Shown piece by piece: positions 25,400 through 37,880 of a stretch of DNA of 64,000 bases (position 1 is its first letter; each line of letters opens with the position of its first letter). Below the pieces are notes generated by a model. The model saw nothing but the letters and a program-made list of their open reading frames with translations. It was not told the DNA's origin and did not search any database. Source of the stretch: Chiloscyllium plagiosum (taxonomy: Eukaryota). The stretch covers positions 25,056,750 through 25,120,749 of the forward strand of contig NC_057719.1 of the NCBI RefSeq assembly GCF_004010195.1, in the 5' to 3' direction. The translations under genes were made by a program, and so were the position numbers.

Positions 25400-25900
25400 T
25401 TCGATGCTACCTTGAGGTATAAAACCTGCGCCCACACCTCCGCCCAAGGCACCAAAGGATTTGTTCAAGGATTTTTCATGCACATCCAAACACTGTCATC
25501 TACTGTGTCCATTGCTCTCAATGTGGTCTCCTCTACATCGGGGAGACAGGATGCCAACTTGCAGACCGTTTCAGGGAACATCTCCGGTACACATGCACCC
25601 AACAACCTCGCCACCCTGTGGCCGACCACTTAAACTCCCTCCTCCATTACACCAAGGGCATGCAAGTCCTGGGCCTCCTCCACCACCAAGTCCAAGCCAC
25701 TCAATGACTGAGGAGGAAGTCTCATCTTACGCCTTGGGACCATTCAACCGCACGGCATCAACATCGATTTGAAAAGTTTCCAAATCCCCTCCCACTCACC
25801 TCTTCCGGGATCCAATCCTCCAACTAGGCACTGCCCTCTTGACCTGTCCTGCTCCTTGAATGCTGCCTGACCTGCTGTAGCACCACACTTCTCAACTCTA
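25400..25900 (+). mobile_element. Penelope-like element fragment (GIY-YIG endonuclease remnant plus terminus)
   Basis: Translates to VIYCVHCSQCGLLYIGETGCQLADRFREHLR; ends in the tgctgcctgacctgctgt terminus. Confidence 0.85.
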
Positions 25901-25939
25901 TTCTTGATTAAGTTGTCTGAACCTTGTGGTGTCAGACCA

Positions 25940-26178
25940 GGTAGCACAGTGACTCAGTGGTTAGCACTGCTGTCTCACAGCGCCAGGGATTCAGGTTTGA
26001 CCCTTGGGTGACTATCTGTGTGGAGTCTGCACTACAGGTATTCCAGTTTCTTCGCACAGTCACAAAGATTTGCAGGCTAGGTAGATTGGCCATGGGAAAT
26101 GTAGAATTCTTGGGTGGGATGTTTTTTGGAGGGCTGGTATGGCCTGCTTCTACATTGTAAGTTTCTGTGATTTCTATG
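25940..26178 (+). mobile_element. HE1/V-SINE, diverged and internally deleted
   Basis: tRNA-like head gtggttagcactgctgtctcacagcgccaggg, tgtgtggag core and CR1-like tail. Confidence 0.8.
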
Positions 26179-26194
26179 AAAGACTTATTTGGAA

Positions 26195-26430
26195 CAGGAG
26201 TAAACAGAAAGCACTGGAGAAACTCATGCAGGTCTGGCAGCATCTGAGGAGAGAGAAACACAGTTAATATTCCAAGTCCAATATGACTCTTCCTAGTGTC
26301 TTCAAGGGCCATATCAGATTCAAAACATTAACTCTGATTATTTTTCCGTACCGTAGATGCTGACAGACCTGCTGAGTTTCTCCAGCATTTTTCACTGTTA
26401 TTTGATTTTGGGCTCTGCAATAATTTGCTT
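26195..26430. mobile_element. Fold-back Penelope-derived mini-element (decayed)
   Basis: ctggagaaactcatgcaggtctggcagcatct ... agatgctgacagacctgctgagtttctccag inverted arms. Confidence 0.7.
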
Positions 26431-26577
26431 CCACAATTCTTGTTCTTGTTCTTCAATTCTTACTGTCTACTGGTATCTTGTTAAGAGAAATGTTTATCTT
26501 TCTTCAATTTTATCAACATTAACGTGCTGTCCATCCAACTTACTTTGCACCGTCTAAAGTTGGGTGTAATATTACTG

Positions 26578-26887
26578 GACGGCATGGTGGCACAGTGGTT
26601 AGCACTGCTGCCTCACAGTGCCAGAGACCGGGGTTCAATTCCCACCTCAGGCGACTGACTGTGTGGAGTTTGCACGTTCTCCCCATGTCTGCGTGGGTTT
26701 CCTCTGGGTGCTCCGGTTTCCTCCCACAGTCCAAAGATGTGCAGGAGAGGTGAATTGGCCATGCTAAATTGCCCATAGTGTTAGGTAAGGGGTACATGTA
26801 GGGGTATGGGTGGGTTGTGCTTCGGCGGGGCGGTGTGGACTTGTTGGGCCAAAGGGCCTGTTTCCACACTGTAAGTAATCTAATCTA
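26578..26887 (+). mobile_element. HE1 SINE (V-SINE), full-length, young
   Basis: A box tggcacagtgg, B box ggttcaattcc, V-domain core gtgtggagtttgcacgttctcccc..., HER1-like tail ending in (aatct)n; 7-bp TSD attactg at 26571-26577/26888-26894. Confidence 0.92.
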
Positions 26888-27009
26888 ATTACTGCTTGTT
26901 ATTTTCTCAGTTAAGATAATTATTATTCTTTGGTAGAATCAGCAAAGAGAATAGCATATTTATTTCGTACTCCCTCAAATTCAGTCAACCCCATGAGCTG
27001 CATTGATGT

Positions 27010-27360
27010 CAGCTATGGCTTAATTAGTAGGACTCTAGCCTTTAAGTCAGAAAGTTGTAAATTATAAAGTCCACCCCCAGGATGTAACCAGAAAATACAA
27101 AGCTGACACTTCATTGAAAACTGAGGGAATGCTGCGTTGTCAGAAGAGCCATATTTTAGATGGGATTTTAAGTCAAAGCTCACCTGCCCTTTCAGGTGGG
27201 AGGTAAAAATGCCATGGTACTATCTCAAATAAGAGCAGAAGAGTTTTCTTCTGCTGACCAGGCCCTCAATCAACACCACAACAAAATTATCTGTTTATTA
27301 GATAATCTGTTTATCTCCTTGCTGCTTGTGGAAGCAGTCAGTTTGTGTGCTAAAATTCAC
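27010..27360 (+). mobile_element. DeuSINE-type ancient SINE (SacSINE1-like)
   Basis: tRNA-like head followed by a Deu-domain-like core: gctgacacttc..ctgagggaatgctgc..tgtcaga...caggtgg..gtaaaaatgccatgg..ctat...gagcag...ccctcaatcaacaccac. Confidence 0.65.
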
Positions 27361-28362
27361 AAATACTTGATTGACTCTAAAGTTCTTTGAAATATAATTG
27401 TGAAATCTGCCATAAAAATGCTAATGATGCAACCTAGCTATCAGAGATGAAAGGTCCTATACTTCCCAGCTAAGGACGATACTACTTGTCATATCATTGT
27501 ACCCATTGTACTTGATGACAATGGAGCTTTCAATGTCTATTTTAAAATTATCAACCAGATCTTTGTGGAAGAAAAGGAACAATTGTAAGATGATAGAAAT
27601 CTATTTATTCTAACTTAATGTTTCAGCACATTAACAGTGTTACTTTTCATCATAAGCTATCAAACGCCAACTTATCTGTAGTTTAGAATACCATAACATA
27701 TTTAGATATCTATCTGGTGAGTAGCCAGATCAAACTTAGTCAAAAAGTCATAGGTTCAATCTCCAGTTTGTGCTGAGTTATCTGAACTCTTCCAAGAGAG
27801 CAACAAGTTTAGTGTTTTGGGGCTAAGGAGGAAAAAAATCATCCAGGAATCCCACTTTTGTTCATTATTGGGAATGTCACCAGCAGTAACTTTCTTTCCA
27901 AGCCACACATCATCCTGTCTTAGAAGCAAATCACTGCTCCTTCACTGTTGGGAGGTCCAAATTCTGGAACTCTCTTCCTAACAGCATTGTGGGTGTCCCT
28001 AACTCTCAAAGACTGCAGTAGTTCAATAAGACAGCTCACTATTGTCTTCCCCAGCACAATTAAGGATATACCAGCTAGTGATGCCCAAATCCCATGAATG
28101 AATACAAAAACAAATCAGTGACAACTTCCAATAAGGCATACACATGAACATTCATTTAGGTCCTGTACAATCTGGATTGTGGAGCTCCCTCTGATGAAAT
28201 AAATATTTCTGTGAAGTTAATACAATTAACTAGAGTCATACTCATTTTAATCCAATATGGGGTTGACTTTGCTTCCTTCTCACAGACTGACACATAAACA
28301 TTTCTTTCTACTTGTTGGTGCATCACCCATGATTAGTCAACTGAAATGTATAAACTCATCTT

Positions 28363-28677
28363 GGGATGGTATGGTGACTCAATGATTAATACTGCTGCCT
28401 CACAATGCCAGGGACCATGGTTTGATTCCTGCCTTGGATAACTGTCTGTTTAGAGTTTGCACATTCTCCCCGTGTCTGCATGGGTTTCCTCCCACAATCC
28501 AAAGATGTGCAGGTCAGGTGAATTGGCCATGCTAAATTGCCCATAGTGCTAGGTGCATCAGTCAGGGGTAAATATAGGGTAGGGGAATGGGTCTGGGAGG
28601 ATTACTCTTTGGAGGGTCAGTGTGGACTTGTCGGGCCAAAGGGCCTGTTTCCATTCTGAAGGGAATCTAATCTAATC
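28363..28677 (+). mobile_element. HE1 SINE (V-SINE), full-length
   Basis: Homologous to 26578-26887; ends in gggaatctaatctaatc. Confidence 0.9.
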
Positions 28678-29573
28678 TTTGAAAGACTTGCAGGTAAATA
28701 TTGACCATGGGCATAAAACAAAACAGAGAGGCATAGAGAGTTATTCAAGCTTTGCTGAGAATTGATTCATAGCTGGGCCACCAGATCGGATGCAAAAATT
28801 GATGTCACTGTCTATGGGACAAAATTATATACTGCCTGTTGGGAATCTTGTGTTTGTGGATATCAGATGAGAGCACAATTATTTTAGCTGTAATTTGTTC
28901 CCTCACCCGCACATTCCATATACTTTGCTGGCACTTTCGGTTCATGCATGATGGATGGGTACACGCTGTGCTTATGTTGGTGCCTGTGAAGTCACACACC
29001 AATAGGAATCAGCTCTTTCAGGACAGGATAAAGTGTCAGCTGAGCCTTCAGCAAACATACTCAGAAATCTGCTGTGCTTTGGCATTGCGTCACTTCAATG
29101 GTGCTTTGTGCTAACACTTGCTTTATAAAATTTTAACCTCAATGTTCCACTGTGCTTCACAGATACTTTGCAGTATATCTAGGAGAGATGGCCACAAGCC
29201 CCATGGGAAAGACAGGTTTACAGGAGACAATAAAGTTGGGGATTGTGCTGGGAGGAGTGTTTCGTCAATTAGGCTGTGGTGGCTGGATACCACATCTGCT
29301 GCCATTTTTTGGAAAAACATTCAAAGAAGGGATGCATTGAAAAAGAGAGTCAGATGATTAAGTTCATGAGCTGTTGCACGCAGCTGAAGATGGTTGCAGA
29401 GGGAAAATGAAATGAATCACTGAGAATTTGGAATGTAGGACTAAGATTTCAGTCTGGGGTAACAGAAGTGTATGGATTTCGATAAGGACAGGACTAGCGG
29501 AACTCAGACAGAGAGTAGCATGCTGCTTGTGTTACTAGACTAGATAAACAAGACAATGTGGGTTGAAATTCCA

Positions 29574-30336
29574 GAGTCTAGATTAGAGTGGTGCTGGAAA
29601 AGCACAGCAGTTCAGGCAGCATCCGAGGAGCAGTAAAATCGGCGTTTTGGATAAAAGCCCTTCATCAGGAATACAGGCAGAGAGCCTGAAGGGTGGAGAG
29701 ATAAGTGAGAGAGGTGGGGGAAGGGGAAATGAGGAAACTGTTGAAGTCCACATTGATGCCCTGGGGTTGAAGTGTTCCAAGGCGGAAGATGAGGCGTTCT
29801 TCCTCCAGGCATCTGGTGGTGAGGGAGCGGTGGTGAAGGAGGCCCAGGACCTCCATGTCCTCGCCTGAGTGGGAGGGGGAGTTGAAATGTTAGGCCACAG
29901 GGCGGTGTGGTTGATTGGTGCGGGTGTCCCAGAGATGTTCCCTAAAGCGCTCTACTAAGAGGCATCAGTCTCCCCAATGTAGAGGAGACCGCATCGGGAG
30001 CAACGGATACAATAAATGATATTGGTGGATGTGCAGGTAACACTTTGATGGATGTGGAAGGCTCCTTTAGGGGTTCCCCCCCACCCCCCGACCTATCACC
30101 TTCATCCCCTCCCCCACTCACCTATTGTACTCTATGCTACTTTCTCTCCACCCCCCACCCTCCTCTCATTTATCTCTCCACCCTTCAGGCTCTCTGTCTG
30201 TATTCCTGATGAAGGGCTTTTGCCTGAAACGTCGATTTTCGTTCTCCTCGGATGCTGCCTGAACTGCTGTGCTTTTCCAGCACCACTCTAATCTAGACTC
30301 TGGTTTCCAGCATCTGCAGCCCTTGTTTTTACCGGG
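29574..30336. mobile_element. Fold-back Penelope-like insertion with a GIY-YIG remnant, nested in an older SINE
   Basis: Inverted arms at about 29571-29720 and 30152-30303; the spacer encodes NIIYCIRCSRCGLLYIGE on the minus strand; TSD tgaaattcca at 29564-29573/30337-30346. Confidence 0.88.
30206..30233 (+). ncRNA. Minimal hammerhead ribozyme motif
   Basis: CTGATGA-A-GGGC-tttt-GCCT-GAAAC-GTC; core boxes intact, G.U at the base of stem II. The mirror copy at 29641-29668 (-) is decayed. Confidence 0.62.
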
Positions 30337-30529
30337 TGAAATTCCACCATGGCAAGTTAAGGATTTGAATTCTATTTGTCAATCAAATTGACCACAATGA
30401 AGTTGCATTGTTATTCAAACTCCAGAGAAAGTAGTGTGCTGTTCTTACCCGATCTGGCCTATAGGTGACTCTAGTCCCATTCTGATAAGGATGACTGTTA
30501 ATTGCACTTTGAAGTAACTAAATGAGCCC

Positions 30530-32330
30530 AGCAGTTGTGGCAACGTTTATCAGGGCGGTTAGGGACGGGCAACAGGTATGATGCTCGGGGGGAATCGGCA
30601 AGAAACATATTCAACTTGCTGGGTCCGGAGGCAGGAAAGACGTTGTTACTAATTTCACTCCACGGGGAGTGAGGTATTGGCAGAGGGAGACAGCGTTGCT
30701 GAGATGGAAATAAACAGTCTTGGATGTCGGAATCGTAATAGATCCAAGCTATTATCAGGATTACTATTTTAAAATAAATCTCAACAAAGTCCAATGGAAA
30801 CGGCAAGTAGATGGAACCGAATAACTTTTACAATTATTAAAAATAAAGAGAACTGAAGGTGACGCCCACTATTGCCATGACGCTTGTTCAAAGATCATAT
30901 ATGCTCAGATCGGAGTTTGGACTAACACCGAGTTGTTTCCTGGCGCACTTTTATTGGCGATGCTAACCTTGCAGTTTGTGGCTGAATCACTAAACATGTC
31001 CGTGCCAGCCTGTCAGTCACAGAACAGCGCAGGAACAGCATTGCAAAGTTGTCAACCACCGAGTGTGAATCCCAGTTCACACGCTACCTGATTTCTTAGA
31101 TACTTTAAAATAATAAGTGTATAATTTATGACGCACAATTATCCAAAAGACTTGCAGCTGGTCATTTCAGAAACGCCAAATCCATCATCCCATTACATAT
31201 ACAGCAGGGTTGCTGCCTGCACGAATCCAAACCACAAACTCCAGGAAATTATGTTTCCAACTTTAAGTGAAATGGGTGTTTTGGACAGTGTGATGAGCTG
31301 CGCACTTCTACAATATACCAGAAGTAGACTAGTCTTTATTCACCAAAAAAATACACTCCAATTTTCATTAAAAGAAGCATATAACTCAGAGGCACTCCTC
31401 CGGAAATCCTGTAACCCAAAGGTCACTACGACTTGATCAGTTGGGGCGAGTACTGCTCACCAGCATCCCCACTCCACACCCCATTCCAGGTTAATGTAAC
31501 AACAACAAAAAATGCTCCTCAGTCTCCTGGAGCAAATTTTAACTCGAAACGTGTCACTGGAGAAATGTTAAGCCCGGGGCGAGAAAAAAAAATTCTGGAA
31601 GTATTTGGTCATCACCGGTTGGCTCGACGGAAAGCAGAACAACAGAAATACTTGCATTTGTGTAGCGCCTTACACAGTCTCGAAAGGTCGCAAAGCGCTT
31701 GACAACTTTTTTTTAGTTGAAGCTGTTGCAATGTTCAAATGGGTTCAGTGGTGGGCGGTTGGAGGATTCGCCGGTCGTCAGACTGATAGAATATCACCGG
31801 GGTGCTGAATTAGAACTGAAAGAAGTGACGGATTGTAATTGGTTTGATTGCACTGCTTTGCCTTTACGTCCATCCCTAAACCCAGCCAGTATTCCGCGGC
31901 TCATACGGACTTAGAGGCGCTGTCATTTTTCGCCGTGGTTATTGCAGGGAAAGGAGGTCCCAGTTTAAACAGCGTGATCAAATGGATACATTTTATGATC
32001 GTAACTTTCATGGTTTAAACCGGTATTGACAAGTGACGTTATTTAGTTCTCACGTTTAGGAACTCGAGCATACATTTTCAGCAGGTAATACATTTTCACC
32101 TTTGATGTCTGTTCGCTCATTTTTTCACCACTGTGTGTATGGGTGGATATACTGCAATTAACATATTTTGAATGCAAATTTGCTTCACTTGCCAGCGGGA
32201 AATGTACATTTGTAGTTGAACGTGTATTGTCCCATTTCACTGTGGATGAGGACTATTAGCTTTCTTAGTGTAGGTTACGTAGGGAGAAGATTCGTTTTAC
32301 TTTAGTTTTATTTTACCCACGCTAATGTGA
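30530..32330. promoter_or_regulatory. CpG-retaining, largely non-repetitive region (candidate regulatory element)
   Basis: CpG is visibly more frequent than in the flanking intergenic DNA despite modest GC content; no credible ORF. Confidence 0.4.
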
Positions 32331-32659
32331 TAGAATTCCTTGCATTTATACAGCAGCTTTCACGACCTCCGGGTATTCAAGAGCCTATGTAGCTGATGAT
32401 GTACTCTGCAATGTTACTGTGTTATTGTTGTAATGTTGGAAATTTTACAATCTGATAATGTCCAGAGAGCGTATTTCGCCCATGTTGGGTGGAGGTTACA
32501 TATAAAGGTACATGTAATTTTTTTTCTTTATCTGAAAATGAAACATTGGATTTTTAAAGAGGGTAAAAGTTGTGTGTCAACTATGGTTCAGTTTGTGACA
32601 CTCTTCCTTCGGAGTCAGAACATTATGGGTCTGAGTTCCACAGTATGTTATGAGCGCAG

Positions 32660-32812
32660 AAGTCATAGAGATGTACAGTTCGGGCATAGACCCTTCGGTT
32701 CAACTCGTCCATGCCGACCAGTTATCCTAATCTAATCTAGTCCCATTTGCCAGCACTTGGCCAATATCCCTCCAAACCCTTCCCGTTCATATACCCATCC
32801 AGATGCCTTTCT
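32660..32812 (-). mobile_element. CR1 3' end fragment
   Basis: agtcatagagatgtacag...gacccttcggttcaactcgtccatgccgacc...catccagatgcc. Confidence 0.8.
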
Positions 32813-32995
32813 TGCCTGAAATTTTCACTGTCCTCATTTGAGTACACATGACAATAAAGCGAATTCAATTAATTTCGATAAAACGCTTGTGAAGTACGAA
32901 GTTGGAGGTGCTGGCTTTTGAATGGGACGTTCAATGTTTTTCTTCTATGGTGAGCGTAAAATGGCACTCTTGTTGAACAGTAGGGGAGTTATCTC

Positions 32996-33290
32996 GATAG
33001 GAGATCATTCAGCCCTGATGAAGGGCTTTTGCCCGAAACATCAATTTTCCTGCTCTTCGGATGGTGCCTGACCTGCTGTGCTTTTCCAGCACCACTCTGA
33101 TCTAAACCCTAGGAGATCATTCAACTCATCATTCTTGTGCTGGCTCTTTGAAAAGCAGGTTGTACCCTATACCTGTGTTCACCTATTGCTACCTCATCAC
33201 GCCACCCAAAACCCTCCCCTATCTCCTCCTTTACCTGCAGCTGCCATTACACCCAACCTCAATTCTGAAGAAACTTTCTGAAAGCTTGAC
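32996..33290 (+). repeat. 295-bp duplicate of 34258-34552, inserted into a DeuSINE remnant
   Basis: About 3 mismatches relative to 34258-34552; contains a PLE mini-insert with TSD taggagatcattca (32998-33011/33110-33123) and a hammerhead-like motif at 33015-33042. Confidence 0.9.
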
Positions 33291-33429
33291 CAATATTGGC
33301 CAATATTTATCCCTCAATCAACATCACTGAAACAGATTATCTGCTCATTATCATATTGTTTGTGGGGATTTGCTGCGTGTAGCTTGGCTGCATGTCTTTT
33401 CTATTTGGTTTTATCCATTAAGTCTTTTA

Positions 33430-34250
33430 ATTATTTCAAATATATACTTTAAATCATCAAAAAAATCTTTATATATATATAATACATAGTCACAAATGCA
33501 ATTTGGTTCTGTAGAATAATTAGCATATGAAGAAAACAAGCAAACATTGGAGTTTGACTCTCCAAACAAACCAGGCATCTCTCACTTGAACCAAACTATA
33601 TTTACATGCATTTGAGGCACCAGGAGGGTCCAATAACTGAATGGACCCCCATTTAACTTCAGCAGGAAGACCTCAGACAGTGGTCTTTCCCCACTGCACT
33701 TCAGTAACAGCTGACCCACATTTTAGTGCATCCCTCAGGACACAGTCCTAGATCTTGGAATATGCTAGTTGCAACACTCGATCGGGGTCTGGAAGACTGT
33801 TTTGGAAGACTAACAAGTTTTGGCAGACAAAAGAGCATCTTTCACTGAGTTGATTGTCCTACAGGCACATTTGATGATTGTTTCAGGATGTGTCCCAGGG
33901 AACTTATCCAGAAGTAGTATCACAGACTATCGAATGGCTTTTTGCCCACCACCAAGTCATCTGTGTTGCTCTGATTCCCATGTTACAAGATGACCATATT
34001 AAGGTGCACTTCATTGGATTCAAAACATTCTGTCCTGTGTAAATGTATTTTTTTCTCATTTTAGTCAAACTGATCTTAATTTCAAAAGTCAAGAAAGAAA
34101 ACATACCTTATAATTGATACTGTAAATCATATTTCTTGCCAATATCTGTATAAAGTCCTTTTAACATTACTGATGCAAATCAGTCTTGATCATTTTCCAG
34201 AGCATCTCATTCAATCTTCAACATCTTTTAAGATTGTAGAATAAAGGTAC
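33430..34250 (-). mobile_element. Tx1/L1-type LINE 3' fragment
   Basis: Minus-strand remnants RTINSVKDAL and QWGKTTV*, followed by an A/T-rich tail near 33430-33490. Confidence 0.7.
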
Positions 34251-34257
34251 TCAGTAG

Positions 34258-34630
34258 GATAGGAGATCATTCAGCCCTGATGAAGGGCTTTTGCCCGAAA
34301 CATCAATTTTCCTGCTCTTCGGATGGTGCCTGACCTGCTATGCTTTTCCAGCACCACTCTGATCTAAACCCTAGGAGATCATTCAACTCATCATTCTTGT
34401 GCTGGCTCTTTGAAAAGCAGGTTGTACCCTATACCTGTGTTCACCTATTGCTACCTCATCACCCCACCCAAAACCCTCCCCTATCTCCTCCTTTACCTGC
34501 AGCTGCCATTACACCCAACCTCAATTCTGAAGAAACCTTCTGAAAGCTTGACTTCTCCACCTCCTGCTGTTGTCTGGCTTACTGTGTTCTTCCAGCCTCT
34601 CCTGCTTGTCTGCCTTTGAAAAAGCAGCCT
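34258..34630 (+). mobile_element. Two adjacent Penelope-derived short insertions (source copy of the 295-bp duplicate)
   Basis: Hammerhead-like motif at 34277-34304 with TSD taggagatcattca; the second element is flanked by tttgaaaa(a)gcag repeats and contains ctgaagaa...gaaagctt. Confidence 0.75.
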
Positions 34631-36824
34631 GTTATAGCATGGCTTTCTTGGTTTTCATCTGTAAACTTGTAAGTTCCACATTCTTAAGTACCTGTCCATC
34701 CCTTTATTAAAATTACTAATACAACAAGCTTCACACCAAAATTTCAGGTAGAGCACTCCCAATCCAACAACTCTCCTGTTATCCTGTTCATAACTTCTCT
34801 TGTCTCCTTTTGTGTAATCATCACATCATCCCCTTTGTTTGTGAAAAAGCAAGATATTCATTTAGTGCTTCAGTTCTGAACCCTGTCTTCACCTGGGTCG
34901 TGACAAGGCCCAACTTTTCTTCAAGCTAATGACTTATGCTTTATAGATATTGTGGCATTCACTTTATTGTTGCCTGCTAATTTTTTCAGAATATTTCTTT
35001 AACTCCGTGTAATATTTTCAATTTGCTGTTATACTTCTCATAATCATCCTGATTATTAACTGAATCTGCTCCTGCCCTTTTTCATAAGGATTCTTTTTTC
35101 TGTTTTATTTCATCCTTTGCATTTAGGGTGCACTGAAAAGGTATATGCTTAGTCTGATCCTGAATTGTGTCAACACTCTCTAGGCTGCAATTTCTTTGAT
35201 TCTAAAAAAATAGTGCTATTCTAAAGTTGAGTACATTATTAGACCAGTATAGAACAAGTTTTCCTCTGCATTCATTTTATACCATGTCTGAACTGGGAGT
35301 GGTTGTGTTGACATTAGATGCCAAAGATGAAAAATGACCCTGGCGTCCTTTGAGTACAATGTACAATAGCTTACATAAAGCGAGGATGCCTCTGTAATAT
35401 GATCTATAATCCTCACTAAATGGTTTTTCATCATGGAAGTATCAACCTTTTGACATGCTATTGAAGCTATTTCAAAGATATTGAAAGATGCATAAAACGG
35501 CTGTCTCAGGAGTGCAATTTCTCACACCACTGCCCCCAATTCATTATGTTAATGCTGTAGCAATGCCAGAAGTCAGGGGTGAAAAGGTCTACTGTACACA
35601 TATGTAACACAGATTGTCATGAGGTTAACCTAAAGGATAAAGGTCTAAATAACTTCACAATAATTAAAACCAGGAGGTTTTTAACTGTATCAAGTTAATT
35701 CAGGAGATAAGGAAACTGTTTAACCCCAGGCTAAGTTTCTGACAACCCCATTTTATCATTAAGCTCATTTCAATCCAATACAATTAAATTTCCCTGTTCC
35801 ACCCTGTTCATCAAATGCCTTCATCGTTTTGAGCTTCAACTTCCATATTGCTTCCTCAAGCTTCACAAATTACAACACATTTAAAAATTAATAATCTCTT
35901 ATGGAACTTGTCATCTCTCTGAAAACGTCACTGATTCTCTGTCTCAAACAACTTGACTTCACAATTATTGTTCTTGTATTTTAACTTATTTCATAGAATC
36001 CATAATGTGTGCCGCAAGTGCACTAGGACTGAGTCTGTGCTTCCATTAGAACAATTGGGTGTAGGCCCTTGTCAAAACTATTCTGACAAGTTAAATATTA
36101 AATTGGCTTGTCACTACATAAATATTGTCAAACCTGTCTGCGTTTCCAGCATCTTGTTTTGTTTGACATTTCAACAGTTAAAAATATGCCTAAGCAATTT
36201 ATTGCACATGACAGCTCTTTGAGTCATGAGGCATGTTTGTTGCAATGTAACTTACAATTGCAGTGTATGACACCCACATTAATAAATAAGAATTGATACA
36301 TTTTAAAAAAATAAAATATCTTAATTGTAATTCATTGATTTAAGGATGTTTTGAATGCCCTGAGGACAATGAAATAGGAACAGAAAATGCTGAAGAAACT
36401 CAGCAGTTCTAGGAGCATCTATAGAGAGATAATAGATGACAGGGATTGAAAGTGATGGTATTTATTTTGTTGACAAACGGGGAGGAGGAGTAAGTGAAAC
36501 AGATAGTGAGGGACAAGCGAGGGGATGGGTAAGTATACTTGGTGGCCATATTCTGTCATTTCAGCCACTACCAAACGTATCTCCTCGTACTTCCAATATA
36601 AGCCAACACAACCTGGAGAAACAATATTTTCCACTTAGGTACTTTACAGCTCTCAGGACTCATTGTTGATTCCTGAACAGCCTCAGAACATGAACAATAC
36701 CGTCCATCTGATTCCACCTCCCTGCCCCCCACCACTCACCATGTCTTGCTTGTGTGGATTTGTTCTTAGCAAAATTGACCTAATTTCGACTATCCACAGA
36801 TAACTTTAACATCTATTTTGCATT

Positions 36825-37880
36825 GAGTCAGAGAGAGATTTACTGCACAGTAAAATGTCCTTTGGCCCATCATTTCTGTGCTAGTCAAACCACCTAACTA
36901 TTCTAATCTCATTTTCTAGCACTTGGCCCATAAATATTGTATACTTGGCATTGCAAGTGTACATCTAAGTACATCTCAAATGTTATGAGGGTTTCTGTCT
37001 CTACCACCCTTACAAGCAGTTAGTTCCAGATTCCCACCCCCTCTGGGTGAAAAAGTCTTTCCTTAATTCTTTAAACCTTATGCTCCTTCTTTTAAATGTA
37101 TATCTGGTCATTGATCCTTCCATCAAGAGAAAGCATTTTTTCCTGTTTACCCGATCTATGCCCTCATAACATTAAACATCTCAACCTCATTTCTTCAAAA
37201 GAAAGCAGCCCTAGCTTCTCCAACCTCTCTTCATAACTGCAACTCTCCAGGTCAGGCAATATCCTTGTAAATCTCCTCTGCACCCTCTCCAGTCCTATCA
37301 CATCCCTCCTATAATGTGGAGTCCAGAACTGCATACAATACCTGGGGCCCAACCAACATTTTATGCAGTTCCAGCATAACCTCCCTCCTCTATGCCTTGA
37401 CTAATAAAGGCAAGTATACCATATGCCTTCTTAACCCCTTTATCCACCTATCCTGATACCTTAAAGGATTGGTGTACATGCAATTCACCATGTATTTCTT
37501 TGCCTTGTTTTGCCCTGCTCAAGTGCATTACTTAATATTTGTCTGGATTGAATTCCATTTGCTGATGATTAGCCCATTTGAGCAGTCCATTTATATCCTG
37601 TTGTAATTTAAGGCTATCCTCCGCACTATTTACCAACCCACCAATCTTTGTAACATCTGCAAACTTAATGATCAAACTTCTGATATTCAAGTCTAAATCC
37701 TTTATGCAATCACAAACAGCAAGGGCTCAAGACTGACACCTGTGGGACCCCACTGGTCTCAGGCTTCTAGTCAGAAAAACAACTCTCAACTATCACCTTC
37801 TGCTTTCTGCCACTCAGCCAATTGTGAATCCAATGTGCCAAATTTCCTTGGATCCCATGACCTCTTACTTTTACTAACAG
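36825..37880 (-). mobile_element. CR1 LINE 3' portion
   Basis: Minus ORF YCMQFWTPHYRRDVIGLERVQRRFTRILP; RT remnant and tail. Confidence 0.85.

Noticed and set aside
26578..26650. tRNA gene
   Set aside because: It is the tRNA-derived head of an HE1 SINE and continues into the SINE core and LINE-derived tail; the same applies to the other SINE heads.
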